64,000 nucleotides of DNA from NCBI GenBank assembly GCA_028023455.1, contig JAQFVV010000001.1, positions 5,146,001 through 5,210,000 of the forward strand, in the 5' to 3' direction. Both the position numbers and the translations under genes were made by a program. Below, piece after piece: positions 1 through 13,262 of the stretch (position 1 is its first letter; each line of letters begins with the position of its first letter). The notes under the pieces were generated by a model. It saw only the letters and a list, made by a program, of their open reading frames with translations, searched no databases and was not told the DNA's origin. Source of the stretch: Epiperipatus broadwayi (Eukaryota > Animalia > Onychophora).

Positions 1-473
1 TAATCCTATGTGTTTGAAAAGAAGGTTTTTAACAAATGTGTTTTACCAGTTCTTACTTATGGATCTCTGACTTGGACACTTAATAAAAGTGTAGTACAGT
101 GACTTTAAACCATTCAATGAAATATGGAGAGAAACTTCAAACCACTCAGTGAAATATGGAGAGATGCATGTTAGGAATAACAAGAACATGGGGGTGTTAC
201 TGACATCATTGAAAGAATTAAAACTGAAATAGAGTTGGTCTGGACATATTGCTAAAAGAGATGATAATAGATGGACAGTTGAAATCTTAAACTGGATTCC
301 AAGAGATTGTAAAAAAACCTAGAAAAAGATCACATGTGAGATGGATTGATGAAATAATGAAGTGTGTTGGGGTGATATAGAGAAGAGAGGCTAGAAATCA
401 GAGAAGATGGATTGAATTTGGAGAGAACTTCATCCAGCAGTGGATCGATAATAGTTGAAAATGATTATGATGA
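1..473 (+). mobile_element. RTE-clade LINE, decayed 3' end (RT C-terminal region plus (ATG)n tail)
   Basis: Translates with stops and frameshifts to ...CVLPVLTYGSLTWTLNKSVVQ...NMERCMLGIT...WSGHIAKRDDNRWTVEILNWIPRDC...RWIDEI...FIQQWIDNS*, the typical RTE C-terminus. It is followed by ATGATTATGATGA. A second copy lies at 18480. Confidence 0.85.
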
Positions 474-849
474 ATAAAGGATTGTTTGAAATAATGAATG
501 TATTTCATTAATAAACTTTTTCCTTTGAACAATTATGACAGCTAGAGCCAGAATTTATATATATATATATAATGAGAATTTCATTAGGCCATTTTAATTT
601 TTTACTGTAATCCAAACATTCTTATGTTTATTACATTTTATATACGTTAATACATTAAAAAGAAATAAAAATGTTATTGATCTCCTGCCCCCAAGCAGTG
701 TCTTATTTAGAAATAGCAGATTAATATTTTTTGACAGATTACTAGAGCACCTTTCAAGAAAATTTTTAAAAATGCTTCATCTTCATTGGATTTGTTTGTT
801 ATAAAAGAACATCCAAACAAAGATTCATTAGATGTATAAATAGTTTGAT

Positions 850-2030
850 CTGTGTATGCTATCATACTTCATTTTACAACATAGAAGACTTGCAATTTCT
901 CCATCAAATGTAACAATGGCATCTTGGTTATTGGAGTTTCTTTACTAGATAGTGTTTATAAGAAAGAAAAAAATCCAAATGCTTTGCAGTATTAAAAAAT
1001 AAAATTGTTTGGTATAGGGCTCATGGATAATTGAATGTCTGTAATGAATCAATAATGTGCATAATAGTAACAAATGCAAGAGGGGAAAGATATTTGATAT
1101 ACTGTGGATATATCAATGAATCCATATGCATCAGAGTATCTAGTGAAAATATCTAATATCATTAAGAAAAATAAAAAAGAGTTACATATATAGTTGCAAT
1201 AGATAATGCACCTAATGTTTTAGGAATGCATAATTTGTTATAAAACCATAAAGATGTGAATTAATATGACAATCTATGATTGTTTGCTATATTTTTGAAT
1301 CTCTTAGAGTAATATCTGTCCGTTTTTAAATCTGAATAAAATGTTATAAGTGTTCTCATAGCTCAAAGAATATTATGTCAGCTGAAAACTGTTGTAAATA
1401 ATTTAGTGGTTTATATGGATGCTTACATTAAGTGTTGCTTGCATTTCTAAAAGTCTGAACAAAAATTGATAGTAATATGCAACAAAAGTTGCCAAGGTTT
1501 TATGCTTAAAAATAATGTTCAAGATTGCATTTTGAAATTTATCACTAAGAGATTGATGAAGTAAAAAAATCATACGTTGGAAACAACTTAATTAATATAA
1601 TTGGAATGTGAAGATATTAAGAAATTTTTAGAGAAAAAATTTATGAATAAATATGACACAACTGTAATTCTAGTACATTTTTTTTTATTTGCAGACTTTG
1701 TCCAAAATATGTCATTAACATTGAACTTAATATAATGAAGTAAAGACAAAAAGAAATTGGGCTTGATTTTATAAGCTCAACATATGAACCAAATTTTGTA
1801 TTACCATTAGTAGTGAAGTTCTAAGAAAAAGCTCTATTATTCCAAGAATCATTTTCCAATGAATTTATAGTGCTATAGAGCCAAATAATTAGTCAATCTT
1901 TAATGTATTCTCCATTATTGAATGATTTTTGACTACTCAGGCATTTTCAGCTAGTGTAGAAAGAAATTTTATCTCTTAATTTAGTCCATTTTCAGAGTGG
2001 GAACTGAAAAAATCATAGAGTTTTTAATAT
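850..2030 (+). mobile_element. Decayed hAT-superfamily transposase remnant
   Basis: Broken frames give LDSVYKKEK..CFAVLKNKIV, CIIVTNARGERYL..TVDIS.NPYASEYLV, VAIDNAPNVLGMHNL, RW and AFSASVERNF..LVH..GTEK. These resemble hAT DDE segments and the C-terminal dimerisation motif (S.S.ER.FS). Ends and TIRs were not located. Confidence 0.7.
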
Positions 2031-2101
2031 CAATTTATTTATTTATTTTTCTGAAAAATTCTTTTTCATTTTATATTACTATTTATTCAGATTTAATTAT
2101 A

Positions 2102-3025
2102 CACTTGGGTCTCGTTTTATGCGGTAGATAGGTTCCACAAAAAACCCGCATTAAAAAAAATCGCACAAAAATAGACTTAATTTATCTTGAAAAATGGGGG
2201 ATAGGTGCTGTAAATTTCAGAATTCGCATAAAAGCAAAGCAACAAAGAAAAATTACTTTAAAATTCACATTAAAAAAAATAAGCAAATAAAGTATGACTA
2301 ATAAAAAATTTCAAATATTTGAAAAATATTAATACAAGACAAACTTTTTTTATTAACTACAGTATTTGATTTTACATTTTTCATACATATTTTAATTATT
2401 ACCGCTAGCGATCGTTTGTAAACTGGTAAGAAATCAGATTCGATGTGATGTATTGTGGCTTCTCCTTAAACGAAGTCAAGAATCTCTCGGCAATTATGAA
2501 CAGAGAAACATGTTAAGCCACTTTATTTTTATTCGTGATGTGATGTACAACTAGCACCATTTTCAGTCTTGTGCTGTGTTAATGGTTTTCTGTTTCTATA
2601 TTAAAAATATGATATCGCAATCAAAACATTATCATTAGAAAGATTATTTTCAGTTTATAAAATCTTTGTTTTTTATTTTAAAAATCTAAAAGATTATTTA
2701 TTTCTGTTATATATAACAAAATATGTTTTAAAAGTTTAAATTTTTTGAATATTTATTGCGATATTTTTATATGTAAGTATAAATCTATTATATTTACATA
2801 GAAGCCAAGTTCTAAATACAGCTTCAGGCCATATTCACGTTAGCAGCTATTAATATAACGTTATATTTTTGAAAAAAAAAAAAAAGTATTTCAAATCAAA
2901 ATAAGTTATTAATAATTTAAATTTCTTGATATCTAATAAATATAGTGAAATATGAAAGAAATCAAGAAGAATCGCATAACTTCAAAATCGCATTAAAATA
3001 ATCCGCATAAAACGAGACCCAGGTG
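2102..3025. mobile_element. Tc1/mariner(pogo)-type MITE, ~924 bp
   Basis: TIRs CAC(T/C)TGGGTCTCGTTTTATGCGG / CCGCATAAAACGAGACCCAGGTG, with TA on both sides (2100-2101, 3026-3027). No ORF. Confidence 0.85.
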
Positions 3026-5008
3026 TACATAGTAAATAGGACTAATGCTTCACATTGACTTATTATTTTCAATTTTGTCTATTTCTGTGTGTACTTTGTA
3101 TATTTTAGTATATATAGTCTACATATATTTAGATTTAATAGGAATAATAAGTAATGAAAAATTAATATTTTTTAAAAAAGTGTAAATTTATATAAATGTC
3201 CAATAATTTTGAATTGTTAATGTTAGAAAGGACTGAAACAGTGATCAAGTTCTCTAAGACATAAAATAATATTTTACAATGTTAATTAATACAATAAGCA
3301 CAATTCAATTTTAATATTAAAACTTTAGTGTGATAAAAGTACCCCCCACCCCCAATATAGTTTCAATCAAAATATCTGATTTTTTAACAGCTGTGGTCTT
3401 GATCAAACCATAATTCATCAATTATGCCTGTTATCAAACGATTTCTGCAGTAATTTGTGGTTTGACCACTGCTTGGCAGTCTATAAATTAATGTATATCT
3501 GAGCTGATGCTTGAGAAATATAAAATCTAAAGTAAACCATAAATAAGTATCAATATAATATCAAAAAATGAATGTAACTTATTGTTGTACATTGTACATT
3601 GTTAAAAAAAAAAATCAGTCTTAAGAAAACATGTCAGAAGAAATTGTTTTTTTTTTTTTTTGTATTTGTTTTAAAATAGTTCTTAGTAGTATGTAGATCT
3701 GTACTTAGTTTTATTTTCAGTTCAAAAATAATCACTCAAAAAGTAGATTGACTTTCTTTAACAAAATTAATAGTACCTTCCAAATGGTTAAAAAAAATTG
3801 AAATCCTCAGTGTCAGCTGTTCTACCTTCATCTGATATATATATTTTTATCAGCTTCCTCAATTCTTAATCCACTAACTATCATTTGATTAATTTCTTCC
3901 ATCTTGTTATTTGATTGTAAAAAAATACCATAGTCTTCTATTTCATGAAATTCTGAACTTTTTGAGAGAATTGCAAATTACAAATTATTGAGAACTATTA
4001 ACTTCAGGAAATAAAATTTTTCAGTACTTATGATGATGATTTAACATTGAACAATGAATTTAATGAGACCAAAATATTTGAATTTTTTTCAGTAGTTTTT
4101 GATATTTTTTTAAATATTTGCCTTATTTATTTGTTTTTCAAATGTTAATGTAAATAATAGTCTTTAAAACATTGGTGACTTCTCGATCTATGGGTTGAAT
4201 GACATATATTTGTTAAATTCTATACAATCAATCAAAATCCACATTTTAAATTTAATAATCCAAAATTCACATGACATTAAAATGTAGATTTTTGTTGTAA
4301 CAATATTTTTTTTATTTCCCATATAAAATAATCTTTAAGCTAGTAAGTTTTTTTTTAAAGATGTCCAAGCAACTGATAATGACAATTTGGAAACATTTTT
4401 CAAAGATCTAGGAGCTTCAGTTCAATAAATTAGTAAAGGCTTCAATTTTTTTAATCATCTTAAACATTTTCATCAACAAATAAATGTTAAGAGATAATTT
4501 GAAGATGCTTTAAATCTGGAGGCTGTTTTTTTCTTTTTGTGTGATGAAAATATGAGAAGATAACATTTATTTCCAATAAAATTCTCTTTCATTCAAGTTA
4601 AAAATTTGTATAGAGGCATTACTACCATCTCCCCCATCAGCACTTCCACTTTTTTTTTTTTTTTTGAGTTTTTATATTTTTAAATCATTAGTAACATGAT
4701 AAAGTCAACCCTTGGATGCAGGAAAATTTAATTTCTGTTATGTTCTATCCAAGCTCTTTGAAAATACAGTATCTAGAAAGAAAAATTGAGGGCATAAACA
4801 ATCAATAGAGATATTTAATCTAGACAGATAGTCATTATTGTATTCAATCTACAATGTTGTTGTCTCTTTTCCATGTTAATTCAGCCATTGAATGACAAAC
4901 GCTTTGATGCAACTCTTTCTTCCACCTCTATTATTTCTTAGATATGATCCAGGTATTCATAAATGATAAGGAAAATTTATATTTCATTCATAATTTTCCT
5001 TTTACTTT

Positions 5009-5110
5009 GCGTGGTTGGGTAGTTGGTAGAGCATCCAACTTAGGATTCGTAGGTCCCAGAATTGATTCTTACGCTTCTGAGCAATAAAGCCATATGCTCC
5101 CACTCCTTCC
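5009..5110 (+). mobile_element. Degenerate tRNA-derived SINE head
   Basis: A-box-like TGGGTAGTTGG and weak B-box-like GAATTGATTC. A similar head occurs on - near 9310-9360. Confidence 0.35.
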
Positions 5111-5521
5111 ATTTAATAACATCAATTTTAAATTTAAGCAGTAACTAGAGCAATTTTTTATTATTTAATGGCATGCAGTAGAAAAAAAGTTAATTAGATG
5201 TGCTGTAATACGGTTAGCTGTACAAAAGTTTACAAATATCTTTTGTTGTCACTCTCATGTTGGCAGGAAATGATCACAGCATAGTAAGCAGTATTTTAAA
5301 ATCATTTCGTATTTTTTGTTTTTTTATGACCACGCATATTTTTAAAATTTTTGCCTTGTGATTTATGATCTCCCAGATCGTGAAGCTTCCAATTCTGGAA
5401 GGAACTAAAGAATCTATCACGTTCGTAATCGCGTGATAACGTGAATTATGCAGACATACCAAAGAATATCTTTTTTATAACAATTATGGGTTATAATAAT
5501 TGATAATAAATTGACAAATAA

Positions 5522-5608
5522 AGAGGTCAGCGACAGCTGCTTTACAAGCAGTTGTCCCGGGTTAGCGGGTTTGCTTCCCGGCTGATGTTATGACACATAA
5601 GAAAAAAA
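5522..5608 (+). mobile_element. Short tRNA-derived SINE (same family as 34767-34870)
   Basis: GAGGTCAGCG...CCCGGGTTAGCGGGTTTGCTTCCCGGCTGATGTTATGACAC followed by an A-run; aligns with the 34.8-kb copy. Confidence 0.7.
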
Positions 5609-5831
5609 ATTAACTATTTTTCAAATTACGTATTTATTTATAATTTTGCATTCAAAATTAAAAGCAATAATTATAAGTCGCATTTATTTTGTATTAATAA
5701 ATACTAATGAATAGGGAAAGAGAAATATTTAATTAGTTTACATAAAGGAAAAAAAAAACGTATAGTGGAAGGACTGTAGAACAAGTTAAAATTAACTCAT
5801 TGTTTTTAAATTGAAAATAAAATTGCTAGTT

Positions 5832-5938
5832 CTTTTTTTTTTTCATATGTCATAGCATCGGCCGGGACGCAAACCCACAACCTTCTGCAACCAACTACTT
5901 GCTTGCATGGCGGCTGCGATACCTCTCAGCTTGTCGAA
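5832..5938 (-). mobile_element. Short tRNA-derived SINE (same family), convergent with the 5522 copy
   Basis: TGTCATAGCATCGGCCGGGACGCAAACCCACAACC is nearly identical to 34783-34816 and is preceded by a T-run (the poly-A on -). Confidence 0.75.
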
Positions 5939-6736
5939 GTCAAACAACATTTATTTTATATGCTTTTGATGAAAATCACTGATATATATATACAAAACTG
6001 TGAGTAATATATATATAGTCTCATAGATGTATGAGCATAGTCAGTAAATTTTGTTGTAAATTATAATTTAAAATATCAAAGTTTTTTTTTTAATGTATAA
6101 AAGTGGTGTTTTCCATTTTTTCTGCAATGGATCATTTAGTTTCTGATTGTAAATCAAACAACGATTCCCTTCTCTCTCTCTCTTTTTTTAAAAACTATTA
6201 CCTACGGAAAGAGGAGGTAAATCTGTACTGCTCTATTTGAATGAAAGCAATTTCCAGCTAGTGATTTTTAAAGTTGTCAATACACCCCCCCCCCCCTAAT
6301 TTAAGTACTTGAAATAATTATAGTTCACTGGCAGATATATTTTATTAGATGTCATATTTTACGATAGATGCTACTGTCATTTATATCAAAATAATAATAA
6401 TAAAAATAGATTTCGTTACTGTGAGATTGTTAACATTTGTTTTATTATATGTAATTAATTTTTGTGAGTATTATTAATTTAAATATTATACTTATATGAT
6501 TTAATTAAAGTATTTAATATTAAAAGATGTTTAAGATTTTTTTTCTAAATGTATGTATGTTTATATTCATATACACGCTATCTTTCTCATTTAAGTCTGT
6601 TTTTTGAAACTTTTACTATCTTGCAAAAGCTCACAAAAGATTTTGACAAAATTTGTTACATTTTGTTAATTATTTATAAGTTTAAATATAAGAAAACATT
6701 TTTAATTCAAGAATTGTATATATACCTAAGCTAAAT

Positions 6737-6998
6737 GTAATTAGAGGGAATTTTAACTGAGACTAGCTCTCTTCAGTCATCCACTACATCTTATATAACC
6801 GATACACATAAAGATTTGCTATTTTAATATAAGCTGAGCACTGATTATATGTGTGCGAGATGATGATCTGGACCAACTGATGAATTCTGGTTCAGTGTGA
6901 AATATGGATATTGGAGATGATTTATCTTTTTTACATGTATGTGGTCATGTGTATCCATTGTATAAAATGGAGTGGATGAATGAAGGGCTCTCTAATTA
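6737..6998 (+). mobile_element. Fold-back hammerhead retro-element, family D (decayed HHR at 6873-6914)
   Basis: The left ~75 bp is an inverted copy of the element's 3' end. The interior reads CCAA-CTGATGA-ATTCTG-GTT-CAGTGT-GAAA-TATGGATA-TTGG. It aligns with 29545-29760. Confidence 0.75.
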
Positions 6999-7338
6999 AA
7001 AAAAAAAAAAAATTTTTATAACATGATGCTACCTCCCCCTTCCCCTTTTGTTATAAAAACCATTGAAATGACATCTTTGGAGTAAAAATGATTGACAAGG
7101 TTGCCAATTGCTTTTAGTGAAATTATTTTATGCTATTACAAGCAAATCAGTGCTAAATAAATGACAGATCTCACAAAAATATCTGATTCACAATGCATGG
7201 AAAAATTTTAAATAACATTTTCTGCCTATAGAAAAATAAAGAATGTACCTCAAAGCTAAATGTGGTTCTATAGAATGCATGGTTCATGCAATGCACAAAT
7301 CATAGTGCATGTTTTTGTCTTACCAAATTAATATTTAA

Positions 7339-9116
7339 CCCTTAGAGACCTGAACGGCCATTTTGAATTCACAGAAAAAATTACAGGACATACAATTTTA
7401 AATGAAATGTCTAATTTATTACAATAAATAACAAATATATATACATTTTTAGAAAGTGCAAATATGAAAGAATGTAATGAAGCTGATAAAATAGTCATTA
7501 CCACAAAAAAATAATTAAAGAAAGGAGATTTTTCACATTTTTAAATATCTTTATTTTTACATTGGTTCACAAACTCTCAATTTTGAAAGATATAGCCTAA
7601 AATGACAATTTCATAGACAGCTTCATCACATTCGTCATAAAATGCAGAAAAAAATAATATATAACATGACCTACCTGTAATATATAACATGTTGGTTTAA
7701 TGTGGCAAAAGGTGACCATTTCAATTTTTTTTTCTGCTTGACACTCTATATGTTCTATTTTTGCAAGCAGTTGTTTTTCTAGGCCCTCTATGCGGGATAT
7801 CTATTAGAAATGCAAGGTTTTAGTGAGGATCAAAAAAAAAATAACAGTAATAACTATAGTAAATTCTAAGTTATGGGGGTAAAAAATAATGACTATATTA
7901 TTGAAAAATCAGGGGTGGGGCGAGATAAATTATGCATTATTTCATGGCAGATCATAATTGCCAAATATGCAAATAAATAATTTAAAAATTTGTTTCTAAA
8001 ATAAAATGAATAACAACATAGTAAATTCTAAGTTATGGGGGTAAAAAATAATGACTATATTATTGAAAAATCAGGGGTGGGGCGAGATAAATTATGCATT
8101 ATTTCATGGCAAATCATAATTGCCAAATATGCAAATAAATAATTTAAAAATTTGTTTCTAAAATAAAATGAATAACAACATAGTAAATAAAATAAAATAA
8201 ATAATCAAAAGGAATTACAACAATTATTATATATGAGTGGGAGATGATGTGTGTTTTTTTAGATTTTTGGGATTTTTTTTTTTTTTTTTTTTGTTTTTTT
8301 GAAAAAAAGGGGATGGTTTGAAAGAAGTTTTGAAATTTTTTGAAAATAAATTGAATGGGGAAAATCAATTTCAAAATAACTGATGATGATGATGTGGAGC
8401 AACTGGTAAGGGTGAGCTAAATTATGCATTATTACATAGGAAATCATAATAGCAAAGTATGCTATCAAATGAATAAAAAGTTATCTACAATGAAATGAAT
8501 AAAAACGTAGTAAATTCTAAGTTATGCATGTAAAAAATAATTACTACGTTATTGGAATATCATGAGGGTAAGAGTGAGCTAAATTATGCATTATTACATA
8601 GCAAACCATAATAGCAAAGTATGCTATAAAATGAATAAAAACTTATCTACAATGAAATGTATAAAAACAGTAAATAAAATAAAATAAATAACCCAAAGGA
8701 ATTACAAGCAATTATTATATATTAGTGGGAGATGATGATGATGAATGTTGAATACTTACAGGTAATGGGGAATACGAAACCTCAAAATCAAACACATCAA
8801 CAGAAAAGTTCGTTAGAATCGTAATTATGTTTAGCGGCGAAAATAATTGTTTTCTCCGTATATTTTTTTTATCAGTTGATAAAATCTAGAAAGATAAAAA
8901 AAATTACAAAATTTTAATAATGTACTTTACAAAAATTGCTATAAAAAATCTAATTTTCATCGCACAGAAAAAATTTTTAGACGTACAAAAAGATAGAAAA
9001 ATGGCGAAGAGAAAGAAAAAAAAGCGTAACTGTGACGTATACGGTTTGCACGCTATTGCGGTCGAAATTGCAAACTTTTTTTAAGGCGTAAAAAAGCGGT
9101 TTTCGGTCTCAAAGGG
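7339..9116. mobile_element. piggyBac-like non-autonomous element (~1.8 kb) with internal tandem repeats
   Basis: The left end is TTAA|CCCTTAGAGACC and the right end is GGTCTCAAAGGG|TTTTAA (12-bp TIR, 1 mismatch; right TSD imperfect). Confidence 0.55.
7856..8740. repeat. ~162-bp tandem units arranged as two pairs, each followed by a shared ~70-bp tail
   Basis: ATAGTAAATTCTAAGTTATG units start at 7856 and 8018 (near-identical). A diverged pair lies at ~8400-8670. The tail ...AAAGGAATTACAA...GTGGGAGATGATG occurs at ~8180-8250 and ~8670-8740. Confidence 0.85.
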
Positions 9117-9959
9117 TTTTAAACAATGATTGCCAAGTCATACAATGAACATGATTTTTAATTCATCTAATTCAAATTATTGGTTTTAATTTTTAAAGTT
9201 TTCTCTAATTATCTTATCAAACATCTTATATAGAATTTGAGAAATTATATTCATTTTCTTAATGATATACATTTTAATTAAAGTTAAAAATGATATATAT
9301 ATATTGTAGTCGTCGATCTTAGCCCAAGATCGAGCTCCACTGTTCTACCACTCAACCCACTGTTTTTCGTCACATGTATATAAACTATATGTATATTTCT
9401 GAGAAGCGTCTATAAAAGTTTATATTTATAAATCTCAAATAAAAATTTATATTAATTTTAAACATTGACTTTTATGGATGCGATTCAGATATGTATGTAT
9501 ATTAACGGAGCTTTTATATATATATATAAAAGCACAAACAAATCTTTTAAATAATTTTGTATTTTTATTCTTAGTTATATGTTATTTGTTTTATAAATAT
9601 TTTCTTCATAAAATATTCAAGATGGAAGATGGCTGTCCAAGAATAATTAAAGGGGTGGGATTCATGATTTTAAAAAGAATTTTTTTTAATTAAAGTTAAT
9701 GAAGGTAAAATTTAAAAACAAAGCTAATTGATTTTAGTTAGCTGATAACATTTTTTATCAAATCTATTTCCAATCTGGAAATTGATTTGAAATTATTTTT
9801 GGACAGTTATCTAACAATTCCATCTCCACTAACAATAGCTAAAATATTTCTGATAATTAAAGATCAAAAATTTAATTAAAAAAACATTCTTTGAACACCT
9901 TAGAGTTTTGTATAAATAAGGCCAAAAATCTATTGTGTCAGAGAGAGTAGGTCAATAGT

Positions 9960-11230
9960 CTTTAACAGACTTCACGTCTGTGTAATTTTTGAGGGGCTTC
10001 AGCTGCCTTTCCTCTCCGTCTTTGGCTCCAATCTTCGCCGTGCATGATGTAGCTTTTACCATTCAAGTGTTCCCGTGCTGTCCAAGAACCGCCGAGGCCA
10101 AGAGACACGTCAAAGAATGCCGCCTGCATACCAAATTCGTCTGTATTCCATAGATTGCTGAAGTAACCAGCCCAAAGACAATTGTATTACTTAATTCTAG
10201 CTTATAACTATGAATTTAATGTTTTCTTTATGTTAAACCTCCTTTCAATTCGCTAATCGGCGAGCATGTTAAATTCTTTTCTTTATATTGATTCTCTATA
10301 ACCCTAACTAATATTATTTTAAACTATTTAATCCAACTCACGCTTCATACTTTCCTTTATAATTTAGTGCGGTTATAATTTATTTTAAATGATATTTTTA
10401 TATCTTTCACTAAACTTTTATTTATAAATGCTAATCAAACCCAGTCCTACGAATTTAGAAGGGGGGGGGATTAATGAGTTCTTATTTATTTTTAACTAGT
10501 TCGCAAGACAGTTTTTCTTGTAAAATGAATATATGTTTTTTTAATATATTTTACCGTAAAAATTATACAAAATATATAAATATTTTTCAATCTGGAGTGG
10601 ATTTTGGTGTCCATTAGTTTTGTTAATTTCTTTATTCATCATCATTGCCAAAAGGGCTGGTGAACAAATTCTATTTTGTTGTTCGCACTTTTAAGTGCAC
10701 GAATTTTAGTTTATATATATTTAAACAAAATAGTAGTGATTCAAGAAGGGAGAGAAATGCACGCTTCATTAATTGTAGTTTTAACTTTAATAAATGACTT
10801 TATCTTACACGGGTCATTATTTTAACATAACAATACGTATTTGTTAAACCATTTAAGGTTTTATGTTAATATTTAAACTGAATGATTTCATATTCTTATT
10901 TTTAAAAGCGTTGTTAGCATGGGCCATTTTTCATATTACTAAGCTTTATCTAGAGATGTGCGTCGGAATGCCCGAGTCGTCTCTTCTTTGTTTCAGGTCG
11001 TAAATAGGGCGATGAATGTCCCTAGACCATATATATATACTCGCGTAATGAGAGCAATGCATGGGATAATTCCGGCAAAGTTCGGCCCAGTGCATCTCTG
11101 TCCGAGGACCTTTTGTCAACCGATTCCACAAAATGTGAGGTGGCAAGTCGGCTAGACTGTTTTACTTTCATAATATGATAAAGCATCTCAAGGAAATATT
11201 GGATCTGCAGATTTTCGGCTATTATGCTAG
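9960..11230. promoter_or_regulatory. CpG-retaining GC-rich islands (9960-10190, 10930-11160); candidate promoter, 5' exon or enhancer
   Basis: Local GC and CpG are far above background, with no TIR, tail or TSD visible. The ORFs here match nothing I recognise. Confidence 0.3.
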
Positions 11231-11914
11231 CACCACAGTTTCCCTAGAGTACGTTTTCTTTTAGCCTGTTTGACAAAATAAACTGTAATGATATGTAATA
11301 ATGAAATATTTTCTCTTTGTAATATTTTTAGTTGGAGTTTAATCCAACCTCTCATGAAGCTGTCCTCCCCTTTGTTAAATAAGCAATTCCCGTATTGATA
11401 TAATTTTCACAATATCTGATAGTTTAAATGTCGAAAATGTTTAATAAATAAATGTTTTAAATATATTCTGATCACAAAGTATCCTCATTTTAGTATTGTA
11501 AATAAAGTCCATAAATGAAAATATGTATCCAATGCCAAGGGCATTATATTCAAGTTCTATAATCAGCGAAACTCTTATTATTATATTTTTACATGTATTT
11601 CTAAATGTATAAACATCTACCAATCACCCAGATAAATTTATTTTTGTACATTGAATAAAATTCTATTTGAAATTTTTCAGTATTGTAACCGCCACACTAA
11701 ATTCATATCTGTCTAAATAAAATAATTGTACCAAGTTTTTTTTTTAATGTTTGTAATGAAAATAAAGTTTTAAATGCGTGAAGTTGAAAATATATATATA
11801 AAATCTTGAACTTTTTATCAAAATAAATATTTATACTTTAAACTTAATCCAGTTGTTCTACTCTCCATACTATTTATATTTATGTATGTTTTAACTTATA
11901 TCTTGGGTTCACTC

Positions 11915-12160
11915 AACCTCTCATCATCATCATCAGCTGAGTCTCATACAAAACGATGTAGCACTGGACCCGGAAATAATTGATTTATGTAGTATCATTG
12001 TACAGTGTTGTCCATAGTGTTATAGATTTGGGGAATGGGCAAACAGGTCTGAATTCATGATTGCTCCTGACCTGGGTATCTCGGGCATGATTGGATTCGG
12101 GTACTTTTACTTAGATTCTAAATCTTGTTGAATGGACATACATTTTCGACCGGCACAATA
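11915..12160 (-). mobile_element. Possible retroposon 3' end with (GAT)n tail
   Basis: A GC-richer block ends on - in CTCAGCTGATGATGATGATGAG, like the RTE tails in this window. Family not identified. Confidence 0.35.
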
Positions 12161-12739
12161 TATATCATATAACTTCATAAATTATAGTATTAGAATATGT
12201 TAAATTTAGTGCATTGTCTTTCATACACCCTCCATAAACTGTTTTTTTGAAATGCTCAACTATAGAGAGGCTTAAACTGAATAATTAATTTTTCATATAA
12301 TTAATCTTTAGTTTATATACAGTTTAGTAAAATAATATTATTTTTAGTTTAATTATTATTATTTTTTAAATATTTTTAGCTTAATTATTAAAGATAGAAA
12401 TATTAGAAATTTACTAAAATAATAAAATTATTTTGAGAAAAAAACAAACAAACTTATCTTTATGCTTTAATGTAAATAATTCCTGCTACAATGCTAAAAA
12501 TTAAATGGCAAAATAAAATTTAACATAATTATTATTAAAAATATTTTTAGAAATAATGAAAATCTTATTAAAATTAAAACAAAATTATTTTGAGTAGTAA
12601 AAAAAAATTTATTCTATATTTTAATAACATAATGTAAATTACTCTCACTGTAATGCTAAAAATGAAATAGTTAAATCAATGAATGATATAGGCTGACATA
12701 GCATATGATTGTGCAAAACATTTCAGATCATTTAAACTT

Positions 12740-13262
12740 AGGCAAAACTCCCCATACAGTAGTGCCACCCTGGGTGGCACTACTGTATGAGGAGTTTTGC
12801 CTTTGTTTACAACAAATTATGTGCTAGTGGTGATCATGTGATGTTTGATGGTTTAACACCAATCCTGCCTAATAGGATAGTGGCGGCTATGGTTGTTTAA
12901 GAGCCAAAGACACCAAAATGTATGGGTGCTGAATTGAGTTCAGAACTATATGACTATATAAGCTATTGAGCTTAGATTGAAGATATTAACAATGTTTTCA
13001 ATTTCATTCTCATAGTTTTGTAGTAAAGTAGAGTTAAAAGGTGGCTGCTGGAGGGTTGCATAAGATCCTAAGATCTAGGTGCAGTGCTCTCAAGCCAAAA
13101 ACTAGTCTGGGGATATTGGATGAGTAGGCACTAGATAGGGATTTTATGCACAAGCCTTCTGGCATCTATTGATTACTTTATTTGGCACAGGGTGGCACTA
13201 CTGTATGGGGAGTTTTGCCTTTGTTTACAACAAATGTGCTAGTATAGAGATGGTGATCATGT
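12740..13262 (+). mobile_element. Fold-back, partial-tandem retro-element, family B (HHR core deleted)
   Basis: 30-bp inverted arm, then an ~85-bp 3' tail, then a full ~410-bp monomer. Flanked by the 14-bp direct repeat GATCATTTAAACTT (12726-12739, 13263-13276). Aligns with 26404-26753. Confidence 0.8.

Noticed and set aside
7856-8179. CRISPR-like array
   Set aside because: Eukaryotic context; the units are whole tandem copies with no repeat-spacer structure and no cas genes.
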